From Mytilus trossulus (taxonomy: Eukaryota): a stretch of DNA of 64,000 nt. Positions 11,351 to 24,745 of the stretch are shown piece by piece (positions within the stretch are counted from its first letter, which is position 1; each line of letters opens with the position of its first letter). The position numbers and the translations under genes are program-made. The notes beneath the pieces are model-generated. The model made no database searches, was not told where the DNA came from, and saw nothing but the letters and a program-made list of their open reading frames with translations. The stretch spans positions 39,308,001 through 39,372,000 of the forward strand of contig NC_086380.1 in assembly GCF_036588685.1 (NCBI RefSeq), given 5' to 3'.

Positions 11351-14300
11351 GTGTGCCTTCCGTAACTGTAATATGTGATGGCGGTTGGAGTAAGCGCTCT
11401 CATAAACACTCCTATAATGCTTTAGGTGGAGTAGGTGTCATAATAGGTGCTGAAACTAAAAACAAAATTACATTTAGGGGTGAGAAACAAATATTGTTAT
11501 ATTTGTAATAGAGCAAGCAATTTGAAAGTTGATGCCAAAGAACATGAGTTTCTTCCAAATTGGGACAAATCCAGTCAGACTATGGAGGCAGATATAATTG
11601 TAGAGGGATTTTTGAAAGCTGATGATCATGGTGTTCGATATAGGCATCTGATTGGTGATGGTGATTCCAGCGTATATGCCCAGATTATGCAAAATGTACC
11701 TGTTAGGGGGGAAATATGTAAAAAAAAATTAGAATGTTCAAATCATGTTTGTAAATGTATGCGCTCTAATCTTGAGAAACTTGTTAATGAAAACCCAGTA
11801 CAAAGTACAAAGGCAATGGGAAATTAACGAAACAAATACGAGTAAGAATCGTTAGCTCAATCAGATGTGCTATTCGAATGAGATCTTTGGCGAGTGATAA
11901 ATGAATGAATGAATACTTTATTTGCAAGAAGCATATACATGCTATGGCAACCGAAAATATATACAAAATATGACAAACAAAAGACAGCAGAGAACAGTAG
12001 TTACAGAGTATACAGAGTATACAATAATATTATGACAATATATATGATCTAATTTTCCAAGCTGCATTAGTTTTACTGTCAAGAGATTTAGAATGAGCTT
12101 GTAATAAATTATCTAACTGCCGATTTGGCCAAGAACAGTAGAATAAAGGTAAAAATTCTATACGCACAGATCTATACGCTGGACATGATAAAACAAAATG
12201 ATACTCGTCCTCTAAAACATTCATATTACAACACATACAAATTCTGGTTTCTCTTTGAGTATTAAGATAACGACCAATTTTACATTTAATCTAAGTGTGC
12301 CGCTACGTAGTTTTGTTAATATAGATACAAGTATTTTTCAAACCCAAATTCTAGTTTATATCGTTTATAAATACACAGTTTATTACATTCTTCTAAAGCT
12401 GTATTCCAGCTTTGTAAAAACTGATCTTTAATACGTGTTTTTATACAACCAAATGATAATTTACTAGTATCTTGTGAAATCCATACATCATAAAAGCCAA
12501 GGTTACATAACAATTTTTTAACGTTAGACGCCCAATTAATTTTACCATTATTTGCATCTTTGTACAAAAGTGTATAAACTTCATATACAATATGAGGTTT
12601 ATTAGTTACAATATGAATCCAATATTTCAGGATTTTATATTTTCTCAAAATATGCAATGGCAAGTGCCCAAGTTCACCATATAAAAAATTTGTAGGGACT
12701 TTTTTACCAAGTTCAAAATAAATCTACAAAATCTAGTATATATAACCTCTATATCACCAGTACGATGAAAACCCCATATTTCAGACCCATAACTTAAAAC
12801 GGATCCAACCAAATACTATCGGATAGAAAAAACTGTTGTTCAGTAGTCACATATATTTGTTTCAATGAATTTATTAGTGAAGGTAAAGCTCTCGATCCTT
12901 GTTGAGATAAACGCTTTTGAGTTTGTAAAAAAAAAAATCCATTAAAGTGGAGCAATACACCGAGGTATACATAGGAGTTCACAATTTCTTATTCTCTGTC
13001 GTTGTAATAAAAACGGTTTACCACAGGCTTCCATCCATTTCGACAAACAACAACTTTTGTCTTCTCCGTGTTTACTTCTATGTTCCATTTATTACAATAT
13101 AGTAGTAATTTATTCAGTAAATGTTGAAACATATTCGTTGATTTTCCAAAAAGCACAGTATCATCACCAAATAAGATCAAATATATATTAAAAATCCATT
13201 TAGAGACACGATGTCTTTATCTGTTTCAACGGAAATATCTTGAATAATGTCGTTAATAAAAAAAAAACAGTAAAGGCGATAAAGGTTCCCCTTGTTTCAC
13301 ACCAAGAAAATTGTCAAACGCATCTCACAGCACTCCTCCAGCTCGTACACGAAGACGCACTGATGAATATAAAGTTTTAATAATAGAAACAAATTTTTTA
13401 CTTATGCCATTATTTAGCAGTTTGTATATCAAAATTCTTCTGTGTAGCTTATCAAAAGCCTTGCGAAAGTCCACGAAGGCACAAAAAAAGCTGAAGCTTT
13501 TGTACTAAAACATGCGATATAATGCCATGCAGTGTGAAAATGGCATCAACAGTTGAACGACCAGGACGAAATCCAAACTGATTGTCTATTAAATTCTCTT
13601 CGTCTTCCGACCACGACAGCAAACGTTCCGTTAATATGCTAGTAAATATCTTAGAAAGAATGCTCAACAATACAATCGGCCTGAAATTGTTAGGGTCCGA
13701 CAAATCACCGCTTTTGTGTACAGGGATAACTATACATTTGGTCCAATTATCTGGATATATTCCATTGTCAAACATAGAGTTGAAAAGAATTTTAAAAATA
13801 GGCGCAAAGAATAGAGGATTCGCAGCTAACATTTCACCAATTATATCATCGTTTCCTGAACTTTTGCCAGTTTTAAGTTTCTGTATAGCTTTTATTATTT
13901 CATCTCCTGTAATTTCTGAATCGAGAATATCAATACTTATTTCACCAAAGTCGGTATAAAAGAAAAGCTATAAAAAATTTAGAGCATGACATTACCAATT
14001 GTATCAACCATATTTATGGAGACCATTCGAGATGTTCAGATTTCTTCAAGGCCAATTTAAAAGATAAAAGTTCAGCACAAGCTATTGATGAAAATGATGA
14101 TACCGAAAATATTTTTGATGAACAATGTTGTTTTCGGAATGAAGTTACTAGTAATGATGCATTGGAAGGGTCGCGTTTATCCTCACATTTATCCATAACT
14201 GATTTGATGTCATGTATGAGACAAGATTTATCATTAATTTTAAGTCGTGTTGCAAAGAAAAGCGCAAGTTTGCTTGGAAATTTCACATCTAATTTAGCGG

Positions 14301-15426
14301 AAATGGGGATGCATGTTCGCACCAAGTATGATGGGGGTAAGATCTATAATCATTGTAATCGTGGGTCTTGGCATAACAGATGCTATGCTGCAAGTTTGCG
14401 CTTTAATAAAGGTATTCAGTGGTCACCACAAACCTGGGAAGAGACAACTTCGTCTGTCTCTGGACATTACTATACTACTTTATATAGTAAGAGATTACAA
14501 TATCTGAAAAACAACACAAAAAACAAAAGAAAAGAAGGAAATCAAAAGTAGGCGGTATAAGAGAAAAATAAAATCTGCCAAAGAATCAACAGCTGCTTGT
14601 TCAAAAAAACATTATGGTCCAGAAGCTATTCAGGTTGAGGCAGACATTTCCTCAGAGGAACTAGACAAGAGAAAACAACAGTACCTTAAGAAACATATTG
14701 AAATTACTCATAGTGAAATTGATGATATTGAAATAATTACCCGTTTACAAGGTTCTTGCAAAAGGTGGCGTGACGAAAGAGCAACACGATTAACAGCATC
14801 AAACTTTGGCTTAATTTTTAAAAGAAATCCAAACATTCCTACAACACCATTACTTAACCAATTAAAAAAGTTTTATGGAAACAGTGCAACAAGGCATGGA
14901 TTGAGTGAAGAAACTAATCACAATTAAAAAATACATTCAATATAAATTAAAATAAAATGTTCCTGTAAAAGTAAAAAGAATGGGTTAAGTTATATATAAA
15001 ACACATAAATTTCTAGCTGGAAGTCCGGACGGAAAGGTTACCGAGGAGGAAATAGGAACACCACCCAGTGTTGTGTTAATAGAAATAAAAAATGTTCTGT
15101 ATAGGAAAGACACATATTTTACAGATGCTGTTAAACAAGTTAAAAACTTCTGTTTGGAATTAAAAGAAAAAAAGTTACAAGTTAAAAGATCACATAATTA
15201 TTACTACCAATGCCAAGGCCTTCTCAATGTATGCAACAAACCCTGGATTGATTTAATTGTAAGGACAACGAATCCATATGAACTGCACGTTGAAAGGATT
15301 TTTAAGGAATCAGTTTTTTGGACACATCAAATGCAACCCAAACTCTCTTCATTCTTTTTTAAAGCGATTTTGCCCGAACTATCAGCACCTAGGATTTCAA
15401 AGTATACAGGAATAAGAGAACCTTGA
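11351..15426 (+). mobile_element. Degraded DNA transposon gene: Kolobok-related ('Mutator-like') DDE transposase fused to a YqaJ/lambda-exonuclease PD-(D/E)xK domain, interrupted by a LINE
   Basis: Transposase motifs CDGGWSKRS, NKYCYIC, IGDGDSS, KLECSNH, HIYGDHSRC and TSNLAE. Nuclease motifs W..ER..RLTASNFG, LAGSPDG, IEIK and HNYYYQCQG. Splice acceptor at 11350. Several frameshifts and stops. Confidence 0.85.
11902..13955 (-). mobile_element. 5'-truncated non-LTR retrotransposon (RT plus C-terminal CCHC; RTEX/CR1-like) with an (ATTC)n tail
   Basis: NFRPIVLLS, QFGFRPGRST, FVDFRKAFD, GVKQGEPLSP, LFGDD, YLG and CMCC..EDEYHFVLSC. AATAAA then (attc)3 at the 3' end. TSD ATAAA at 11897-11901 and 13956-13960. 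Confidence 0.9.
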
Positions 15427-17094
15427 ATTCGGTTATGAAAACAGCTGTTATTTTAGATAAAGAATAAATTTGTATTTAAACTCTATCTACATTTGTTTTA
15501 TAGAATAAAAATCAGAAGGAGTAGTCAAACTCTTAGATATTAGATTAAAAGATGTAAATAGGTACTTGATTATGGAAAAAACTATATATTTGAGTCACAT
15601 TGACAACCATTTTAATATAGACATAAATAAATAGTTAAAGATATGTATATTTGACTGATGGTGTTTATTTTTTTTTAAATTAATTTTAAATCAATATGGA
15701 AGCACTGAATAGTGATTTAATAATATAATTTGCAGATATTGACATGACGTCCACCGACAGCCATATCATAGTTCTTAAAGACAATTAGAAGTTAAAGAAT
15801 ATATGAATCTTAACATACAACTCGTAATTTAAAACTTCATGTAGGTTACAGTACATGTATATAGTGTACTTTTCCATAAATTTATTGACATAATAGTTTT
15901 TCAAACAGCAAGAAAGAATGCCAATATATTAATTTGGATTTATGTTTATGGATATCCTTAAATATACAATTATTGTATTTTTCATTTTCAGTTTGTGAGT
16001 AGGTCGTCACCTAGCTTGGGAAACCAGCCTTCAACTAGTACTTCACACACTAAATCTAGGAAAAGAAAATCAAACCAAATCTTGGATAGCTGCCTTTCTT
16101 ATATTCAAATACACCCATCATTTTTTGTCATTTCAATTGACCCATATCTTTATTCTTGTCCAATTATGAATTTCAAAAACTTCCAAAACAAATTTAGCAT
16201 GAAAATATTAAAATAACGAATTCCGAAGCGAGACTATTGCCTTTTTATTGTTTTTTTTTTACAAGTTTTAACATTTAAAGTAGATTCCAACACACCCGGT
16301 GTATGTAAAAGGTGTACTCGACTATTTATAAAAATAATCTATAATTTAATTGAAGATTATTTGATGTGGGAAGCAATTCATATTTTAGATATTTGTCAAT
16401 AGTACTGTTTGGTCTTTACCTATGCTAAGTAATGTATGGAACGAGGTTTTTGTACATGTATATCTAAACGTGCTTTCGAGGCTACAGGGGTAGAGGGCGT
16501 ACTCCCCCTTACATCGCTAAGAAAATCTTATGTTTTCCACAATATCTATACAATTTTTAGCGTATAGTCGTCCACATTATCTTTTGCATCGCTCCGCTTG
16601 TCAGTATAAATTCAATTATCGACAACTACAACATCTTTTAAATATCTTGGATTCGGCCATAATAACAAAGTATATGCACGAAAAAAACTTAAACGATTGT
16701 CGTTCGACTTTATTAAATACTTTTTAAAAACAACAATGTCTGAACATTAGGCATCTCGCATGAGATTTCAAAATTTAAGACTACATCCTGAATTGGATTT
16801 TTCTGTGATTTAGTAGCCCACTGAACACAGAAAAAAGTAAAATCACAAAAATACTGAACTTAGGGGAAAATCAATTCGGAAAGTCCATAATCACATGGCA
16901 AAATCAAATAAGATAGAAATGTGAAACTGACGTGTAATCTAATGGACACATGGAAACTACATATAATCTGCTTTACAGATATCCCCTTTATAATGGTCAT
17001 ACAGACACTCTGTGCTTTTGACAATTACAAAAGGTCTATTTTCTAGACTATTTATGATATATCTTATACTAAATTTATGATATGCATACAAAAC

Positions 17095-17185
17095 AAGATG
17101 ATTGCCAATGACACATCTCTTCAGAAAAGACCAAATGACACAGAAATTATAACAACTGCAGGCCACCGTACGGCTTTCAACAATC
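17095..17185 (+). repeat. Fragment of the abundant aagatgtggtatgattgccaatgagacaac repeat family
   Basis: Same family at ~22530-22635(-), 25399-25590, 29015-29270, 40565-41200, 50010-50430, 57745-58250, 58415-58560, 60195-60380(-) and 60440-60560. Confidence 0.7.
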
Positions 17186-17468
17186 AGATCGGTACATGGA
17201 GTTTATTTGGAAATACTATATAAAATTGCTGTTTTTATGCTTGGTTTCAGTATCATGAGTCAATCCCTTTCTGACTGTTTTAATTGCGACATGATTATTT
17301 GATAAACATACTTCTATGATATCTATTGGCTTTAACTTTGATATTTCTAAAAGAAACTATGTAGCTTAGAGATGTATGCGTAAAATAAGTTCTCGACATA
17401 AATTGGCTAAAATATCAGATTAGAATTAAGCCTCAAGTTATATAAGCTTTGCATTTCCAATACTTTAA

Positions 17469-17508
17469 ATCATTGAAGAGACATGTATTGTCGAAATGCG
17501 CTTCTGTT
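17469..17508 (+). ncRNA. Degenerate type I hammerhead motif of a second repeat family
   Basis: ca-TTGAAGA-gaca-tgtat-tgtc-GAAA-tgcgct-TC-tg. Stem II is intact; core position C3 and stem III are mutated. Confidence 0.5.
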
Positions 17509-18058
17509 GCAGGAAAATTGGTACTGTTAATGTTATAATAATACTGACGACGAAGAAGCCTAAAGCTTTATAATACACGTACTTACGACGGAGATTTAGC
17601 CTCAAGCTATAATACTTATGATGATGATGATACTTATATATGTCTTAATTGTATATCCAGCGACACATATTACATACTAGTATATATTAAGGATGATGAA
17701 ATAATAATGTTAAATCATATATCTTTTTATACATGCCCAAAACTTAGAGACGCATTTTCATATGCTTAGGTAACAAAAGAGCGTAACCAGTATAAAGACA
17801 AACTTGGCGTTCTACGAGTAAACCGATACCAGCTCTTATTCATGAATGCATCATGCTTGTTCGAGAAGCCGAACAATACAGTCTTAAAGTCATTCGATCG
17901 TTCGATAGTTGAACCCGTATTCGAAGCTAGCCTGTCGCAGTCAATCCCAATGGTATATACATTGTACTAGTACACATTTTTGTTTCACTCGTGTATCACC
18001 TTCACTGGTGATCCTGTCCATGCATGGATCTGCCGCAGAGTTGTCACTTTTATATATA

Positions 18059-18592
18059 CTAGAACACACCCGTGATATCGCGGGTCCGTGAATGAATTAA
18101 AGTATACAACTATGCGTATGCCTTATTTAGTATTGGTATTGTCATCTGCTTAAGTCATGCCGATTATAAGATGCACAGTTTTCTCTGCTTTCAAAATCTG
18201 TCTATTTGAACCCGTCGACCTGGAACCTAAGAATTATTGGTAATATTATTAATTTGCAAAACAAAAGGGCCTGAAACGGAGTATTTTTTGCTCAACAGTA
18301 TCAGCAAAATTTTAAATACACCGTTTGGTGGTGAGCTTGTCAGATGCGGAACGTACAGATAAGATAATAGGTAACAGTTGAATATAATATTGGTATCGGT
18401 GTCGGACTTGATCCGGAACTTCTTAATTATTGGCAATATTAATTACGTGGAAAACAAATGGACCTGGAGTGGTGTAATTTTTAATCAACACCATTGTACT
18501 ATATTAGTTATATTTATAATTGAATTCTTTGATTCATCGTTTTTACGTGATGACGGCTGACAAATTGGACCTCGTAATTTTAGTATTATAGA
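18059..18592 (-). mobile_element. Complete non-autonomous Helitron (534 bp)
   Basis: The minus strand begins TCTATAATACTAA and ends with the hairpin acccgcgatatcacgggt followed by CTAG. It sits between A and T with no TSD, and has an internal ~190-bp degenerate duplication. Confidence 0.9.
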
Positions 18593-19578
18593 TGTTCCGG
18601 ACCATATTAGTATTTGGACCATATGTGTATATACGCATATGGTCCGACCGTACGCGTATGGTGGGGTAATTAACTTCTTAACTCTTCATATGGTTTGACC
18701 GTTGCTTAAAAAAGACGCTATTATATAGGTGATTTTATTATTATATTATAATTAAAGGATTAGCTAAATAAAAATTTGAATTTTAACATATTTTTAATTA
18801 CTTGTCGAAACTACATGTATATTAACACTATAAATAAAATTATTCCATTGGTCATTACCGATGGTTATTACCGATTTGTTATTACGCGTGAATAGCAATA
18901 TGTTGACTTAAAAAATTTTTTTTTTTAAATTCTAAATGAACTGTTACACAAGACTAGCGAAGAAGTCATTGGAAAGTAACATAGTTTATTTAAGTTGTCT
19001 TGTGAATATGGTGTATTGCAGTCATGTGACGATATTTGAGACCTAGAGCTTCTTAAAAACACCGTAGACATATCGGAATGAACAAAGACCTCGATATCAC
19101 TATACACAGCTACATAAAGGCTAGCTTTTCACTCGCAAACTAAAGGTGTAAATGAAAAGGATCGTGCACAACCTAGACTTGCAAATGCAAAAAAGATATG
19201 GTACCGTGTGGAAGTAATGTCATCACAAGCCTTCATGTAAGAATGTAATTAGCGATGAAAATTAACTATGGCATGAATATTTAAATTGTACGTAGTATTT
19301 TAATCGTAAAATAATAGATTGTCATGTAACCATCATTGTTTTTTAGTTAAAGTTTTTGTATTCTTAAAACTTTTATAATGTAATTTAAAAAAAAAATATA
19401 CCTAAATGGTCCAAATACCCATATGGTCCAGCCCGTTAATAACCAAACGAGTATTATGCTCATATGGTCCGACCATACGCGTACGGTCGCACCATACGCG
19501 TTTGGTCAGACCATATGAGTATACGCATATGGTCATGACCATACGCGTATGGTCCAAATACTCATATGGTCAGGAACA
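18593..19578. mobile_element. MITE with ~30-bp TIRs, TA TSD and subterminal palindromic repeats
   Basis: tgttccggaccatattagtatttggaccata versus tatggtccaaatactcatatggtcaggaaca. Repeated gaccatacgcgtatggtc palindromes. TA lies on both sides once the Helitron is removed. Confidence 0.85.
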
Positions 19579-22500
19579 TATGAATATAACGCCATAGCGA
19601 GACCTAAATATTTTCGATAACTTAATCAATATATGTGATAGCTGTAGAATCCACTTCTAATTGCATAAGTAAGAGTAAAAGTATCAATTACAATTTTCTC
19701 TTCTTTTTTTTTTAATGTTCGTTGACTTTCATTCGAAAGAAAAGTGTACGTCAACTATTAAAATTTAAAGAATACACTTCCCGTTGACGTACGTTTTCCC
19801 TGTTGAAATTTTTTTTAAAAGAAGCGAACGTTTGAAATGATGGTTAATAAAGTATGATGTCATCCCAGTAATCAACTTTATCAGAGACACATTCTGATTA
19901 ACACTTTGGGTTCATTTTTTCTGAAATTGCTAAAATAAAATCGATCTAGTAGTAAATACCCACGGTAATTAAATATCATAAAACATTAAAAAAAAAAAAG
20001 AAGAAGAGACATTAATCGAGACTGACAAACAAAGGCAATACAAATATCAAATAATGACAGGTTCATTAAATTTTGCAAAAGTATATCGGAAAAACAAAGT
20101 TATTGTCAAAACCATGAAAGACAACTCAAATGAATCGTATGATGGGTAAAGATACGTATATACGTGGTCTTATGAAAGTGAAGTTTAGGCGGGAATCTTA
20201 ATTATCACGTGATACAAATAGAATAATAGGTAGTTTCGTTTTTGATACTGACTATATCATGTGGAATATCTAGACGAGCCCGTTGTTCTGTTTATCGGTA
20301 ATTATGACGTCACACAATGTAATATAAGAATTACCGATAAATAAAAATCATGATTTCTTTCGTTTTTTTTATCATCTTAGAAATATTTGATATTGATTAA
20401 ATTTATTATGAATGGGTATCATAGTAAAGGAAGACTAAGTTAAAACCTGAGTAACGCATTTAAGAAAATTACGTGCGTGCGTCGTATGTCATTTTATTGG
20501 AATTCTCTAATATTACCACCAAATCATGATTCGTCACTTTCAAAAATACATTTTTAGGTCGACAAAAAATATTCCCTTGCATTTGGCATTTGTAGGTAAT
20601 TAATTCTACATTTTATTGCAGTATAACATTTCTGTGTCATAAACATATGTCTGGGGTATTTCAAAGCACCATTTTTTTTATTTGGGGTTTCTATAGAATA
20701 CTTTGTAAACTTTAGGTTACATGGTTACTAAATCTTGTACACAGGTTAGATAAGGGGGGGGGAATTTAATTGGTTAACTTCCAGTGATGGTTATTTTCTT
20801 ATATGCAATGAAATGTTAAAATTTGGATTTGTTTTCTATAGTACTGGACATGATCACACTTTAAAAACTTCCCTCATGCCAAGTATTTCTTTATTTAAAA
20901 CAAAGATAAACTCTGCACAATTGTTTAAAAATTGCAAATTTAACAAAGACTAATAGGGGAAAGCAATGGTGGTATTACACCTTATACTAACGACATATTA
21001 GATTTAAAAAAAATAAGTCCCCATCTCCAGAAAAAAAACGAGTAACATACAAGACAATTATTCCATTGAAATACAGGTGATTTCGTTAGAATGGTAACTT
21101 TCAAAATAATAAAACAAAAAATAGGGATGTTGGCTCTGTGAGTAGGATAATGCGTTTTTTCTCCTGGTTACCTAAGAAATAACATTGTCAATTATTTTCT
21201 AAAACTTGAGAATAACGAAGTCAGCATAATCATGTTTTCACTAACTAATGGTTTGTTTTGTTGCCATGTTTCATAGCGGTAACAGATTTAATAGATATCA
21301 GAAAGATTTAAATCTTAACGAGTTCAAATAGTATATGCATAGCATTACAAAAACACTTATCAAGGAGTATTTCATCCATATAATTAATATAAAGCGCCAA
21401 AACTATCCCAGCGAAGGAAAATAATCTTGCTAATTACTAGTAGTTAATCTAAGAGTGGATGTTTTTTTTCAAACAGCAAACTACTTTGCAAGCAACTCTC
21501 TTGCAAAAAGATAGTAATTTGAAATAATTAAAGAATTTTCTATTTAGGCCTTTATTCTATCTCGTATTTATTCACAACAGGTTAAACTGGTTGATACATG
21601 TAGTAACTAACCTTTGTTGTGTAGTGCTACATATAACTGATGGGTAACTGTGTAAATATGAAATTTTAAATATAGTAAATCAACCTGTGTAAATTTAAAT
21701 CAGTTTCGTTTCAAAGATTTAATTATTTTAAAGGTGTGATATATATGATATATCAACATGAAATCTTTTTGCGAATATATAATATATAAACAAATTGTAA
21801 ATATTTCATCCAAATAAGATGTAATTCTTATGTCAATACAAATGTACCCTAACGTTGAAAATGTAAATAATGGTCTTCCGTTCTTTTAAATTTTTGTGAA
21901 AAAGAGAAAATTCAAAGTAAACTTAAGAATATAAACCTGACCTGGTTGTTATGTCTTTTTACTTTCAACATTCGCCTAATGACTTTGAAGAAACAGTTAC
22001 TACTTGCTTTGACAACCGAAGAATCTGTAAAAGACTGAAAAGGTATGAATTTATTTTCATTTAACTTTTTTATATATATTATACATATACATGTATATCT
22101 TTTTAAGGGAATATTCTTACGTATGGCGCTAGATAAAACTGAGAAGTAAATTGTATATTTCCTTTTATTTTGTAAAATATTGTTATACAAACATTTTAAA
22201 TTCGTCTCATTCCGATCTTTGTTTTCAGTCAAACTTAATAGTTTAAACAGAAATTGTAACTGGGTTGAACCCCATTGATGTCCTTGTGCTTTTCTGCTCT
22301 TCGGTCGTTCTGTTATCAATTAGTCGCATTCCCTATTTCCATTATTAATTGCTGAATCACGCACTGTAGAGAGAACCAAACATGATTTACTGTTATTATC
22401 ATAACTTCCAGTGACAAATATTTCAAGTATATTTGGGACGAAAACAATATGTTAGATCTGCTAGTTGACACGCTAAACGATCCGCTGGTCAAGCAGTAGT

Positions 22501-23309
22501 GTCAAGAGTACTGTAACTTGCAAGGCTTCGTGTTGCAGGCCGTACATTAACCTATAATGGTTTACCTTTTTTTTTAAATTATATTGTGGATGGAGAGTTG
22601 TCTCATTGGCACTCACACCACATCTTCCTATATCTAATAACTTGCATTTAGATATATAATTATCTTAAAAGGTTTATATATTCGCAAACCATGCAAAGGA
22701 ACCGATATCAAAATTCATGTGACAAATAAGCATCTTTTACACAAAACAAGACCGGATCACACAACGCTTCATTAATAAGTTCGATAAATTTACAATTTTA
22801 AAAGTATCGATGTTGATTTTAGAAATCACCAGATTATTCGTTTTTTTTTGTGTATATGAAAAAGAAAAATATTCAAGGAAGAATTTATAACATTTCGTGT
22901 AATAGTATTAGAAAATCTTCGTCGTGTAATTGCGTTATGACTTTTTTTAAATCGAACAATTAGTAACCTTTTATTTTGTGGATAGTTAAGATAAGATTCG
23001 ACAAGATTATGTTTTTCCAAAAAATTGCAGAATTGGATAATTTCTTTGGTATAAAAGTATAGTAGAATATATTTCAACTTCAAGTTTTTAGGGAGCAATC
23101 ATATAACTTCAAGGAGGAGTTATGTTTTTGTGTCGGAGTTTTTTCGCCGAAAGCGCGATCATCAATATTGATCACTATAAGGTATAGGGATAATCTGGAT
23201 TTTGCTTTTTTTTTCTTCAGAAAACCGGGGATCAAAATCTTTTTTTATATTTTTCGGGTTAAATGGTCGTTCCCTTATACAAATTAGATGTGATATAATT
23301 GGCCTTAAA

Positions 23310-23700
23310 TAGTCGGTCCGTCCGTAACAAATTGTCCGCTGTATATCTAGAGAACCTTTATAATTTCATGCTTTGTACTTTACATGTATATTGACCAATA
23401 CAAGAGGGTGTATCGTAGTGTTTGTACAACTTCCTATGTCAAAGTTCAAGGTCTAAAACTATGGGTTTTCAGTTGACAACTCCATGTCGTATGATAAATA
23501 TCGTGTCCGCTCTATATCTTTGGAACCGTTAAGATTTCAAAGTTTATACTTGACATGTATTTTATCCAGAACCAGATTGAATATCCTAATACATGTATGA
23601 CTTCCTAGATCAAAGGTCAAGGTCACACACTCGGGTTCCAGCTGACAAACCCATGTCCTCTGATACAAATTATGTCCGCTCTATATCTTGGTCAACATAC
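23310..23700 (+). mobile_element. Helentron/HINE-like repeat with ~170-bp tandem cores
   Basis: A gtcc microsatellite, then tgtccgct.tatatct at ~23333, 23503 and 23673, with caaggtca motifs. Confidence 0.6.
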
Positions 23701-24043
23701 ATGTAGTAGCAAAAATGTACCTCGGGTCAATTTTATCGGAGAGATTTGGATTTTTATTTTTAAATAATTCCTTTATTAGTGAACTACATGTAGTATGTCA
23801 TAAATTAGAAATACAAAGTATCAAACCATGAAACTGACAAAGGATATTAAAAAGACAAAGAACAGTTACCAAACACTAAATGAAAAAAAATGTATCTTTG
23901 TTTGTCTTTCCATCTTTCTCCTTCTTTTTTTCCTTTATCATTTTCGTTTCAATTTCTGAGTTAGGGTTCAAAGTTTGGTACATTCTGTCTCTATTTTATA
24001 CAAGTAAACTCCTTTTTTTTGAAATTTCAGGTAAGCTGCAAAC

Positions 24044-24745
24044 ATGGCGTTACCAGTAAATAAACATGACAATGACAATTTCTTTAAGACAGAAATTTCC
24101 CATTCCTCGACAGATCAAAATAATGTCAATACTAAATCTAAAGGGCTCCCAACGGAAAAGGAGTCTGAACAGATCAATCACCATAATCAAGATCTTCGAC
24201 AGAAAACGCCAGAAAAATACAAACCGGAAATAGGGTTGGTCCACATGAGGCGAACTCCAACACCATCTGAGGGAACCAGAAAGCCGCCATTGAATGAGCA
24301 ACCAGATGGACATTTCTTCAAATTTATGAACATGCGCAAAATTGCTAAACAAGTTCGAAAAGTGCAAATCAATCGACAGCGCCGATTAGATTATACCGGA
24401 AATGAAACTATAGAACATAAAGTAAGAAAATTTAAGCCGGAAGATATAGAACCGATCATTTACGGATTCCTTAAAGACAATTTAGAATTTTGTACGTACG
24501 ATTCTGAAGAATGTAAACATCTTTCTATGGAACTAAGTGAAGAACTAAAAGATGTTGTTAAAGCTATGAAGTTCCCGCGTTACAAATTCGTCACCATGGT
24601 TACAATAGGACAGAAGAATAAACAATGTGTAAGCATTGGAAGCCGGTCAATTTGGGATAAAGATATGGATACATACGCAAGTGTACATTACTCAAACGAA
24701 TCAATATTTGCAGTTGCAATTGTTTTTGCAACATTTTTTGAATGA
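24044..24745 (+). CDS. Tctex1-domain dynein light chain (TCTEX1D/DYNLT family)
   Basis: Intact 233-aa ORF. The C-terminal Tctex-1 domain reads KFKPEDIE..YDSEECKHLSMELSEELKDVVK..PRYKFVTMVTIGQ..SRSIWD..DTYAS..N.SIFAVAIVFATFFE. Acceptor at 24030. Confidence 0.93.
   Translation: MALPVNKHDNDNFFKTEISHSSTDQNNVNTKSKGLPTEKESEQINHHNQDLRQKTPEKYKPEIGLVHMRRTPTPSEGTRKPPLNEQPDGHFFKFMNMRKIAKQVRKVQINRQRRLDYTGNETIEHKVRKFKPEDIEPIIYGFLKDNLEFCTYDSEECKHLSMELSEELKDVVKAMKFPRYKFVTMVTIGQKNKQCVSIGSRSIWDKDMDTYASVHYSNESIFAVAIVFATFFE

Noticed and set aside
14730-15426. Prophage or horizontally acquired viral recombinase
   Set aside because: The YqaJ domain is contiguous with a eukaryotic DDE transposase, and no other viral genes are present.
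24050-24372. Antisense ORFs over the Tctex1, sulfotransferase and PAN exons
   Set aside because: They are shadow frames of real coding sequence.
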